From contig NMRA01000516.1 of the NCBI GenBank assembly GCA_002633005.1, positions 219,549 through 283,548 of the forward strand: a DNA stretch of 64,000 bases, written 5' to 3'. A program made the translations under genes and the position numbers. Source of the stretch: Phoronis australis (Eukaryota > Animalia > Phoronida). This document shows, piece after piece, positions 40,111 to 50,945 of this stretch (position 1 is its first letter; every line of letters starts with the position of its first letter). Below the pieces are notes generated by a model. It was given only the letters and a program-made list of their open reading frames with translations, searched no databases and was not told the DNA's origin.

Positions 40111-40716
40111 TGGTGCTGACCCTCCCCTGCGATGCACAAGTTCAGAGTCCTGTATTGACTGGTTGATACTTTTGTGCATTTCTCTCCTCATCTTTTGTGT
40201 TGTTGTAATTGACTGAGTAAGATGGTTATCAGGTGTAAGCTAAACTCTATTCTGGTTCTATGGGTTTCACAGTGCAGCAGTACTATGTGTTTACTATGAC
40301 TCAAGTATTTTTTGTTCAGAACTTCTAAAGGTTATTGAAATTCCATTATGAGGGTTGTGTACAGTGGACCCAAGATATTTAATCAGGCACTTATGGAGGG
40401 CAATCTTCGTTTATAGAGTGAAAACTAAATTTCATCTCGTAAGTAATGCTATTCCATAATTCAAAATGCCAACATGCCCAACCTATTACTTCAGTGGTCG
40501 CCATTTTGATACGTTACATCATTAGGCCTAAGGACTCATGAAGCATTTTCATTTCACCCTATTTTGAATTTCATCTCACTCTGTTAGCAGAAGTGTTCAA
40601 ACAATAAATTTCTTCATAATAAGCAAGATTGAATTGTTTCATTCCTTAAATTAAGATGAATTTTTTATTGAAATCAGTGAAGCAAGTGTTTGATAAGTCT
40701 TGCTTCCTTTACATAC

Positions 40717-40798
40717 CTGTTGTTGAGAAAAGGTCACCTTCGAAGATGAGAGCTTCACCCAGTAATCACCAGGGGAAGAGGTTTTCACAAAAGAACAT
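40717..40798 (-). CDS. Reeler-domain gene exon 3 (VCSFVKTSSPGDYWVKLSSSKVTFSQQQ)
   Basis: tatttcag acceptor and GTATGT donor; phase 2 to 0. Supplies the final Reeler strands (..FV...YW..L.S). Confidence 0.85.
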
Positions 40799-41900
40799 CT
40801 GAAATACACAAGAAGTTAGTGTATAAACTTCGTGTCTGTAAAGCACATTCAAGGTACTAACATTCCCAATGTTATTTGACCAAACTGATTTATATGCGCC
40901 CATACATATGCGGGTGATTATTGCGTCCATACACATATGAGTATATATTAACCCCATACACACGTAGGTGTATATTGTGCCCATACACATGTGGCTGTAT
41001 ATTGCTGTCATATTCATTTCAAGGTCCTGCAACTGCTGTTTTATCTTGACTAAACCAGCTGACTACAGAGGACGTGACTCTCACGTCTGCTATGCGACTT
41101 AAACCAGAGGTTGAATATGGTTCCACTTTCCATCCTCCTTGCATTGTCTGTCGACCATGATTGTTTGTAGCTTATTTTTCTCAAATTACAAGATTGGTTG
41201 CTGTGTTATGACAATTGTCGAAAGCTGGTGTAACAAATTCTTTGGAAATTTTACAGCATATTTATGTTCTTTTGGAGACAAATACACAGTTGAACTTGTA
41301 ATGCTCGTTCTTTGGCCTGTGCATGGGGTATTGCTGCTTGTGATGTTGGGGTGAAGTTACGGGTATCAACTTAAAATTGAACATATCAGAGTTAGGCAGA
41401 AACTGGGTGTTAACGGAAATGATAGTCACTTGCTTAGTTGTGGGTCTTGGAATAACCAATAACAAAAAAGAGGAAAATTTCCAGGTGATGAATTGTTCTA
41501 GAAATAAACAGGCTTGTGTGACAGAAATATTTTTTGTGTTGTAAAATTTAACAGTAATAAACGTTTTTACATAAAAAAGTCAAAATAATGATAAGAGTTG
41601 GAAAAAAGAGGAAACTGGAAATCAAATAAGAAGAAATCGAAACCAAGGGAGAGGAAATCATCTTAAAAGAGGAAAATTCCATGCCCTGTAGTTGCCAACA
41701 TTCCAAAACTAAAAAGCGTGACATCAGAATCTGGGATAATGCAGGAGGGAAATGTGTGCGGAAACTTGTTCAACCAGCCTGCTGACATGCTGTGAGTAAA
41801 TGGAGTATAAGAACTCTGGACAATGTGGGAGTATGTTCCTATCTGGGAGTATGTAAATATCATGTGTGTCAAAAAGGAGGACAGCTGGCAGGAATAAACC

Positions 41901-43594
41901 CAGGTTTCAAAACCCTGCTCGCCAGCTGGGCGAGTGAGTGAGCCAGAAAATCTACTCGCCCAACCCGAAGTTCAGTCGCCCTGGCGTTTGCGTCTGTCAC
42001 CACAAACTTGCTATTGTAAGTAAAAATCATTGTTTCGTGCGTTGATGTCACCATCAATTAGGGTTACCGTATTTGTCCTAATAAGCACCCAGGGTGCTTA
42101 GAAAAAATCCTTTCAGAAGGGGAGGTGCTTGTTGTAGCCCAAGGCGGTTGAAACCCGGTCTCCGAAACGGAAGCTAGGTTTCATCAAATTTATGCGCTGT
42201 GACGTATCTGTAACTAATGACAGACTTTCTACATACATGTAACTGTGGTACATTGCTATCAAACTATGTTGTTGAATTACGATCTTTTTATAAAATATGC
42301 TGAACTCCAAGGGCGAAAACTTGCCGACTGATGCGTCGCTGCCTCGCGATCGTCGATAGGGCAACTTGAATTCTTGAGTAAAAATACAATTTCGAATAAA
42401 CAAATTACCTGAAATCCTCCTTAAGTTTTCCAAATAGCTTCCTTAAGGTTTTTAAGTTCCTCAGGTGGAGTCAGGACTAATCTGCGCTAGACCCCGCAAC
42501 ACGAGAAAAATCTGGACGAACACACATGTTGTTGTTTGTTTTGACATTAGTCTACAGGTGTGCGCCGAGCAAGCACGTACTTGTCATCAGAATTCATTTG
42601 CCAGAATAGCAGGCCTACATTATGTAGGCCCTAGCGCTCCCTCCTTGGCCACGTGCTCATTGCTGCTCAAGTTTCGATTCGTGGTTTTTACGTGTACAAA
42701 GTATCCTTGATTCCTGCTGAGGGAGAAGATCTATACGGGAAAGATACAATACAGTCCCGTTGACCAGCGCGCTGCGTCTGTTCTGAAAGGCCGGACCATA
42801 GTCACAGGGACACGTTCCTTGCATCTTGATTAGCAAAAGTTTTGCATTCTTTTTAAAGCATTGCAAAAGTTTGAAGTGTACAGCCACGGCTAAATATCGA
42901 CATGGCGGCGAGGCTCGTGGTCTGGAAATTCCGTTCACAATGATTTTTCAGGACTGTCGGATATTATTGATAAATTGAAGAGATTACTGTAGAATTTTAG
43001 AACTGTAGGTAAGGCATTTTTGGTATATGTACACCTGATGCTCATGGACTGGGTGCATATTTTAGCGAAGTCTGGAAACGAGTGGGGGACGCTTATAGGG
43101 GTATGGGCGCTTATTACGGCGAATCTTACTATGTATAAAATAATTTTGGCTAATGTGACCTTGTACATTACAATAAGAAATCAGTTCCATGGAATATGAT
43201 ATTTCACTTGCTGCGAGCACATGGACCGGTCTTCTGCCTTTCCTCCCTTTTCTTCGTTTCGGACTAGTCCACAAATTCCTTTGTGCACGACCACCCACTG
43301 TGATCTTTTTTCTAGACGAATCTCGTAACGGGTGACATCTACTGAATTGGTAAGATCGCACTGCGTTGATTTTTTTTACTGCTGGAGCATCGACACACTG
43401 GCCAAACTGGACCTTAAATTCATGATAAGAACAGCACAAGGAGAAAATTTATTCACGTTCATCTTGGAAATGATATAGTGCTTTTGTGCTCTGAAAATTC
43501 GCTCACCACCTGGGCGACCAGCAAGTCAACTTCTACTCGCCCAGCACCATTTTTACTCGCATTGGCGACTGGGCGAGTGGCTAAGTATATCTCT
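41901..43594 (+). mobile_element. Composite element: CAGG-ended (hAT-like) element containing a nested TA-MITE (~42067-43120)
   Basis: Ends CAGGTTTCAAAACCCTGCTCGCC.. and ..GGGCGAGTGGCTAAGTATATCTCTG. Internal TIR pair CCGTATTTGTCCTAATAAGCACCC / GGGCGCTTATTACGGCGAAT. No TSD recognised. Confidence 0.6.
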
Positions 43595-43639
43595 GGCTGG
43601 TATCTATGCACTTGTTAATCACTAATGGTTTGAACTTAC

Positions 43640-43871
43640 ACAAAGGTCACATCTTCTGTCAATGAGCCTGGAGCTATCCACTGGAATGTTTTCTCTGTCT
43701 TGTCGCTGTTGAAGGAGTGCGTCACAATGTCGTTGGCGTTGTTGCAGTTCTGACGTAAAGATTCTGATGGTATGGCTGCATCCCATGAGCCAATAATAGT
43801 GCCAGACGGGGAACGCGCTTGAAGCATGAATCCTCGAAATTTGTCTGCTGAACTTTTACTTCTGATAGTAA
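43640..43871 (-). CDS. Reeler-domain gene exon 2
   Basis: Encodes VTIRSKSSADKFRGFMLQAR..IGSW..C...VTH...K....QWIAP...VTF, the canonical Reeler core. atgcag acceptor and GTAAGT donor; phase 1 to 2. Confidence 0.93.
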
Positions 43872-44294
43872 CTGCATAGACAGGATGAGGTTTGGTTAAG
43901 AGCATGGTTCAGTAGATAGACATTATGACTTCTAAAACTCCTTTGAGGGGATGATGTAGTTACATCATTTGTAAAATCTATTGGTGCATTTACACCAACC
44001 TCTTGTCTATTTACATTGGCAGGTTTTGGTGGGGCATTCTCCGCTCACTATCAGGTGTTACAGAATTCTAAGAAGGAGCAGGGCTATCTCAGCATTAATA
44101 CACTCATACTGGGCACATGGGTCATAGTTGGAAATCAAGGTGTCTATCAACTGTAAATACTTTTTGTGTCATGTTCTTTAAGTGATGGGTGAAAAAACGT
44201 AAGGCAGTTTCAGCCATGTTTTTTTCTTAAATATATAGACACTGAGGTTGGCCTGCAGTGAAAGATATCAAATAAACACAGAAAAATCAGGAAC

Positions 44295-44365
44295 CTCAAA
44301 TGGGAATCGAACCGCAGGTCTCTAGATTGCCGGTCAATTGCTCCTACCACTGAGCTACTGACAGG
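44295..44365 (-). repeat. tRNA-derived (SINE-head-like) sequence
   Basis: A-box TAGCTCAGTGG and B-box GGTTCGATTCC at tRNA spacing; the acceptor stem does not pair. Confidence 0.6.
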
Positions 44366-45311
44366 ACCCGATATCTGTTCAATAGCGGATTTGCAGCGCA
44401 AACGAACTACGCATTGCGCATGTGCGAGTTACTTCCTGCGCGAAGGCTCATGGGATAGCTTGGGGTCAGGGATGTCTTGAACAGGCTGGATAGTGTGTGC
44501 ATTTGGAGTGATTTGCAAACTAAAAACCATGTTTCATTTTTTTGCTTTATAATACCAAGCAAGTCCTCTCTCTCGTTTGTAAACACAGCGGAGCTATGAT
44601 CAGTGACCGTGTGACCGAGGGCACGACTGTCGTCATGTTCAGTATTGGGGCTATCGGCGTTGATTTTGAAATCATCTCTGGTTTCAGACAAGTTGAGAGT
44701 TCTTGGGTTGCTTAACTTTTGTAGCTTTCGCCGTGGATATCCTAGAGACGTTAATTTTAAGAGGAAACTCAGTCGGAATGTTGTTCTCATACGTCTTTTT
44801 TCCACCAGGAAAATGTTCGCTGCACACACGATGGCCCCCAGGCAATTACATCACACTGGATGCCGCAGGCATTCAGGGGCGATAGTATATACATCCTCAC
44901 AAAAAGTTACTCATTTCAAAAAACAGCAAATAAAATCAAATGAACCATACATACAGGAACACGGGGTTATAATTAGCACATACCACGACTCTGAATACAA
45001 TTTANCTTGTCAGCACAAATTGCATGCTGCATACTTATGCAACTGGGGTTTGTTATGAACTTAAAGAGAACTCTCACCATAGTTTTCATTAATGTCTTCT
45101 GACTTGCTGTTCTTTGTTTTAAATGTAGAAATTCCCAACCATTAAAAAACAAGCCAATGAGTAAATATTTTTATGGTTCAGAAGAGATTTCAGAACGGCA
45201 CTGAAATTCTCACCAATTACCAAACAACTTTTTATCTATGGACTAGTTAAATGTAGGGAAATATCTAAAACGGAAATAACAGAACGTCAGTAGCAGATCT
45301 ATGTTTTCAGT

Positions 45312-45520
45312 AAGGGATGGATTTAGGATTCGCGCGAATGCGAGGCACGTAGTGCCAAGCGGAGGGAAGGTCAGGAGGAGGGGCAAACCCCCTCCTGTGT
45401 AAGATCTTTTTGGTTTTTGGAGCTCATTTCGTTTTCCTGGAGACTTTTTTTATTTTTATTTTTGATGCTTTCCCAGGGGGGTTTAAACCCCTGACCCCTC
45501 CCCCCGTAGATCCGCCCCTG
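45312..45520. mobile_element. AGGGGCGGATC-type MITE (Harbinger-like)
   Basis: Degenerate TIRs AGGGATGGATTTAG / TAGATCCGCCCCTG. Confidence 0.5.
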
Positions 45521-45764
45521 AGTGCTTCAATGAAGGCAAACTCAACATTTTCAGTCCTTTTGCAAAAGCTTCGTCAAATAAAAAAGAATCTGCAATGCCT
45601 GTATGTACAGTTTGCTTTTTTATGTATTTACCAGTAGACAGGGTGTCGGCCTCTTATCACATCGTCTCATTGCACATTTGTTTTCATTATATAGATTGGA
45701 ATGCATCACTCTCTCTCTTAGCTGAGCTGCCTGAATTCAGAAGAATGACGTATTTCCATCATAC

Positions 45765-45951
45765 CTGATATTGAAGCACCAGCTGATACGGTAGATTGTT
45801 GAGTGATCACCTCGTAGGGTGCGTTCACATTACTTTTGGCACTACCCCCGTGGCCTGGTGCCATAGTGTCACAGACGCTTAGTATCCCGATGCCACGGCT
45901 GTATGCCTCAACTGCAGGCAATAGAGCTCCCACAAGTAATACAACAGCCAT
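45765..45951 (-). CDS. Reeler-domain (defense-protein-like) gene, first coding exon: signal peptide + N-terminal Reeler
   Basis: Encodes MAVVLLVGALLPAVEA-YSRG..VCDTMAPGHG..APYEV, with the Reeler C..M.P.H motif. Acceptor ttcacag lies 7 nt before the ATG (exon starts at 45958); GTATGA donor, phase 1. Confidence 0.9.
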
Positions 45952-46052
45952 GTCTTTCCTGTGAACACAAGTGTACAAAATTTTTCAAGGTTTCGTTGTG
46001 CGAACTACAAATTGGAAGTGGAAATGTGAAGGCAGTCAACAAAATAGATTGC

Positions 46053-46160
46053 ATCGCCGCCACCACCGCCACCATCATCATCATCTTTGTCATCGTCTCA
46101 AAGTGTTGTCTTTTCAGTTAATTTCTCCAAGTGTCGCTTCTCTGGGCGCTTTCATTTTTT
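46053..46160 (-). repeat. Short terminal fragment of the HINE-like family
   Basis: (CAT)n + CAGTTAATTTCTCCAAGTGTCGCTT..GCGCTTTCATT. Confidence 0.6.
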
Positions 46161-47539
46161 AATTTTCCATTAAACAAATTCTTTTCATGGTTAACTTGTC
46201 TCAAATTTGTCAATTTCAGTCATGATAGTACTGTACTGAACATTTGGTCTTTCTCAAGGGTAGGGGGCGCATGGTCAGCAATATATTGTATCCAGGACAA
46301 TACCTATTTCAAGAATTGCTATGTTGCCTGTATGCATATCACTAGATGTTTTTGTCTGCTGAGATTTATGGGGTTGAGCTCCATACTTTTTGTCAAGTAA
46401 AGTGAGACCACATAATCCCCTTTTAAGCACACACTCTCTGCTTGCCACCCATTCAGTGATTTTTGAGTCCCCTTGGAGTTTATTTAGTGTTGAACTTACA
46501 CCTTAATTCCTTATCTTTGTGATTGCTTGGTCAAATTAGTTAGAAACACAACATGTAGCTACGATGTGAATATGAAGTATGTTGAAAGTTGCCAAATGTT
46601 TTTAAGAATGAGTTTTGTGTTGAAAATGATCCGCTGTAAATTGCTCAGCCGTGTCCAGTAATTGTATCGTGACATGGTGTTAGGGAATAATACTGCGTGA
46701 TGTGCGCTATGTGAGCCCGTCATTAGTGCAAAGGTCACCTATATGCAGAATTTTTTATTTTCACATTTAAAAATTGTCAATGAGCCTAGATGACGTTCAA
46801 ATAGTATTGTGGTTTAGTTCCTGCACTACATTATCATACTTAGGAGCATGCAAATACATCTTTAAGCTCTGAGGGATAATCTGGACAACAGTCTCTTATA
46901 ATACAACCAAAGCAATTCCAGATGCCATCTTTGACAACCCTTCACTGCCTACTGTGTTGTCCTACTACAGTACTTAGCAAGGTAAACTTATGCAGCCTTA
47001 GTTCAAACATAAATGACCATTAAATTATGAAAATAATGCAGAATTCTCTAATCATAGAAAATCATTTTTTTCAACAGTTATTTTCTTAATTTCTGAACAA
47101 TCAGTTTGCCAATTAGTAAACAAATCATTTTGTCAATAAACTTTATCTCCATGCACTTCCATAATTACACACCTCAGTCAGAATTGTTCATCAACTTGTC
47201 ATCTCTGGTGTTTGTGTGTAATGTATGATGTTGCTATTTCAAATGTTGGCTGGGACAAACCTGACCTGGAAATCTGCTGACTTTTAGTCGATAGTCGGTT
47301 GATTTCTGATAATATCGGCTGGTGATCTGTTGATGTTCTCAGAGAAATTAGCCGGGATTGTAAAAAGTTAACCTAGCCTGATGGTTAAAAATAAGTAGGG
47401 CCACTCAGTAGAATCAATAACTTTACCTATCCCACCTTATTAGACCTAAGTTGAGGGAAACAACAAGATATTTAAGACTCCAGAATGTGGCCAGGAGCAC
47501 AGTGTTCACCTGAGATTCCTGATAAGTAGTGTTCCTTAC

Positions 47540-47590
47540 CTGTTGCCTCTGAACTGGCATACCTTAGATGTCTCAGTAAATGACTGGCAC
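47540..47590 (-). other. Candidate non-coding first exon of the Reeler gene
   Basis: Strong CAG|GTAAGG donor at 47540/47539, with an AT-rich TAATAAAA element just upstream. The ATG exon has an acceptor, so a 5' exon is expected. No direct proof. Confidence 0.3.
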
Positions 47591-48087
47591 TCTGTTTACT
47601 TTTATTATGAAGGCCTGCTTGTGTGTACTGTGTAGTCATTGGTCCAATCTAATTACGCAATTGTATCCTTGTGCTTGCCCAGTATTGGACACAATGGCAA
47701 GGATCAATACTTTCTTAGGTGAATGAGCAGGTCTTTCAATGTGCTTTATCCCATAAGGAAAGGCTGAATCAATTTTAGAGGATTCTGAGGCTGGGGTTTT
47801 GATGCTGTTCTTACCAAGTCAGATGAGCTGGGTGATTTAACCCTTGTCCTGCTGCCAAAAAGTGTGTAACATGGATACATGAGTATGTGTTTTAATAACA
47901 CATCAACATTACATGAATGACTCTTCGCAAATCTTTGTGAGAGCTTGAAGGTGACTTTTTTAACATAATTTCAAGTTCTGGTTGTCATGATGGTTGCACT
48001 AAATGCATTTTTTCAGTCATGGACATTTATAGTGGCTTTGGAATTTGCTAGTATGAAATCATTTGAATATATGCCACTAGGCATTAC

Positions 48088-48462
48088 GGTTATTTGACAA
48101 CAGTGGTTTTAACAATCGTCATTTGACTGCAGGGATATAACAATGGTTATTTGACTGCAGTGGTTATAACAATGGTTTTGACAGCAACGGTTATAACAAA
48201 GGTTATTTGATAGCAGCGGTTATAACAATGGTTATTTGACTGCAGTGGTTATAACAGTGGTTAGTTGACAGGAACGGTTATAACAATGGTTATTTGACAT
48301 CAGCGGTTATAACAACGGTTATTTGGCAGCACCGGGTATAACAACGGTTATTTGACTGCAGCGATTATAACAGTGGTTATTTGACATCAGTGGTTACAAC
48401 AATGGTTATTTGACATCAGTGGCCATAGCAACGGTTATTTGACTGCAGCAGTAGTATAACAG
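48088..48462. repeat. ~29-bp degenerate minisatellite, ~13 copies
   Basis: Variants of GGTTATTTGACTGCAGTGGTTATAACAAT. Confidence 0.9.
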
Positions 48463-48611
48463 TGAAAAATTCAAAAGCTTTTAAGTCACATGTTAATTAT
48501 AGGTGGCGCTACATGCACTTTTACTCACAAAACTAACAGCAAATTTCAAGATGTCACTGCTTGGTGTTGATCCAGGATCTCAAAAATAGACCTTTCAAAG
48601 AGTGTTTACAC

Positions 48612-48814
48612 ACCTTATTCACACACACGCCATTTTAAAAGTGAGCCTCTTTTTAGGTTTCAAAACAATGCATTCCATGCTTATGAATGGTGCAAAGCGT
48701 GATTTTTTCGCATGATTTTTTGGCGTGCCTTGTTAATATTTATGTCTCAAATGCATTGTTTTAAAACCTAATAAGAGGCTCACTTTTAAAATGGCGACTG
48801 TGAATAAGGTCTAT
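48612..48814. mobile_element. Small foldback MITE
   Basis: ~60-bp inverted arms: CCTTATTCACA..GCCATTTTAAAAGTGAGCCTCTT..AACAATGCATT and its reverse complement. Confidence 0.7.
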
Positions 48815-49179
48815 TACAAGTCACGTTAACTACATCTTTCTATTACTCCAATTCAAAATACTATTGGGTATGGTACAATGTTTTTCCACTTATTATTCTA
48901 TTTACAAATTTCAAAGGCTCATTAATATAATTCTACACTTATTTAGGAGTGTCTCTTGCCTAATTTTGCAAGCCAACAATTACTTGAAAAATGACATTTT
49001 GTATCTTTCATTTTTCACGAGGCCACTTAGTGCGGAATTTTTAGCCTAATACCGAATTTGCACACAGTCAATTTTGCACGTTGGAAAATGTCGCTGCAAA
49101 TCCCAGTCATTAATTCTAATAACATACCTCTTTAACTGTGTCAATAGAGTCTGAACATTGTATATATTCACCTTTTAAC

Positions 49180-49483
49180 CAGGGCCTTCAATCCCTCAAT
49201 TTTGGACACGAATATCGGCCCCATTTCCTCTGAGAAATATTGAAAAATCACGTGAAATTACCCTCAAGTGATTGAAAAATTGCCCTCGAGGTTTGAATCA
49301 CTTGTAATTCACATGGGCGAAACAGCAACGTTAGGCAGTTTTGGCTATTTGAGCGGCAGAGCCTTAATGAGGGCTTGTCATAACAGGGTGGGGGTGCTTT
49401 GATGTTGATTGGGAGATAGAATTTTTCCCTCACCCCGAAAATTCCCCTCAGGCTTCTTTCCCGTGGGATGAATGAGGGCCCTG
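49180..49483. mobile_element. CAGGG-ended MITE (hAT-like)
   Basis: TIR CAGGGCCTTCA / TGAGGGCCCTG (10/11); no clear TSD. Confidence 0.45.
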
Positions 49484-50558
49484 TAATCTTTATATCTCTC
49501 CTGCTATTTGATGTGGTGAAAGGGGTGAGTTTGCTTCACTCAAGATTGACATAAGCTCAAAGGGCATTTCATCAATGACTACTTGATCAGAATTATAAAA
49601 GACACTTAATTTACTGTTAGTCGTATCAATGTGGCAACCTCGAAGGCAGCATTTCATTCAATGGGGGAGACTTTCAATTGAGCAATATGGACACTCATCT
49701 ATGGAGGGTGACTTAAATTGTTTTATGTACTATAAAGGAGCCTTTTCACAAAGTCACAAGGTTCTATTTTGCCACTTTGAAGATTCATGTCAGTCAAAAA
49801 TCCTCCAACTTGGTCATGAAAAATAACATTTCTAAAGCGAAAGTCTGCCCCGTTGCACAGTGTAGTGTTGTTTACGAGTTTTTATGCCCTATGAACAAAT
49901 GTCTTCGTTCAAACGTCAAACAATGTTACATTAGTCAAACGGTTTGAAGTCATTACCGTCGGTTATCCATGCATCTTCAAAATGGTGCCATTCAAGATTA
50001 TTTTCTGCATTGCCACGCACGTAAAATCACCCGTCAAGAAATTGTGGAAAACACGTCAATTCGCTACGTGGAGCAAGATGTGCTGCGTTTGAAAGTATTA
50101 GAGTCCCTTTTAATTGCTTTTGAGAATACTGTTTTGAATGAGCAGCAAACAGGGTCGCGCGCACGTTACACTTGTTTGCGTGACTTTCCTGTTACCGCCC
50201 TTCATTAGTCATTCTTTGCAGTATTTCACACCCACCGTGTCTCACTGTGTGTGTCGTCAGCTTATACTCTGTGGTTGCATTACTGCGTCATTTTATCTTC
50301 ACTTGAGAATGAAACAAGTGTGTTTCGAAATATCGTGTGTCTTTTTATTATGTCGCTAGGTCAGTTACTGTATCTATGTTCAGTTGAGAGTAGAGTTCTG
50401 TTCCGAAAGTACGAACGTAACGGAATAAAGACTGTGAACAATGAAAAGTGTCGTGCATTTAACAAATTGTGTATAACCGAAAACTTGCTCACGAAGTACA
50501 GTCTGTTATTCTATTGTAGACATCCTCATAATACACACAGCTTGTTTTGCAATTGCAG

Positions 50559-50629
50559 ACAGAATTCCAAAGCCTTTCGTGAAAGAACTGGTGCCTTTCG
50601 AAAAATCACTAAGAAGTATACAGAACTTG
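50559..50629 (+). CDS. OVCA2: OVCA2 exon (RQNSKAFRERTGAFRKITKKYTEL)
   Basis: ttgcag acceptor and GTAAGA donor; phase 2 to 1. Matches the OVCA2 QN..FRExTG..RK motif. Confidence 0.9.
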
Positions 50630-50754
50630 GTAAGAAATTCTGTCATGTGTTCTGTGTTGATTAGCACACCTTTTATAGCAGAAAACCCACCTGTTGAATA
50701 GAAATAAAGAAAAGCCAAAGTACACCTACACCAAGGTACCTAAACTACATGGTC

Positions 50755-50945
50755 AACGGACTCATAAACACGAGCACGGACGCATGAACACGACTCACGG
50801 ACCTGCAAACGCCGTCCACTGACTCATAAACACTGGAACGGATTCACAAAACACGATCCACGCACCCAAATACACGGGACACAGACTCATATTCACGAGG
50901 AAACACGGTTAATGGACCGCCAAACACGGGTCACGAACTCATCGG
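50755..50945. repeat. Degenerate ~20-bp tandem repeat
   Basis: ACGGACTCATAAACACGAGC-like units. Confidence 0.6.

Noticed and set aside
40362-40710. Tc1-like element after the Gypsy relic (TA-CAGTGGACCCAAG...)
   Set aside because: The right TIR is too degenerate to support boundaries.
44295-44365. Functional tRNA gene (also 56289-56360)
   Set aside because: A/B boxes are present but the acceptor stems do not pair and the anticodon arms are irregular; tRNA-derived repeats.
50251-50664. 137-aa ORF as a single-exon gene
   Set aside because: Only 50559-50629 is OVCA2-like and bounded by splice sites; the rest is intron.
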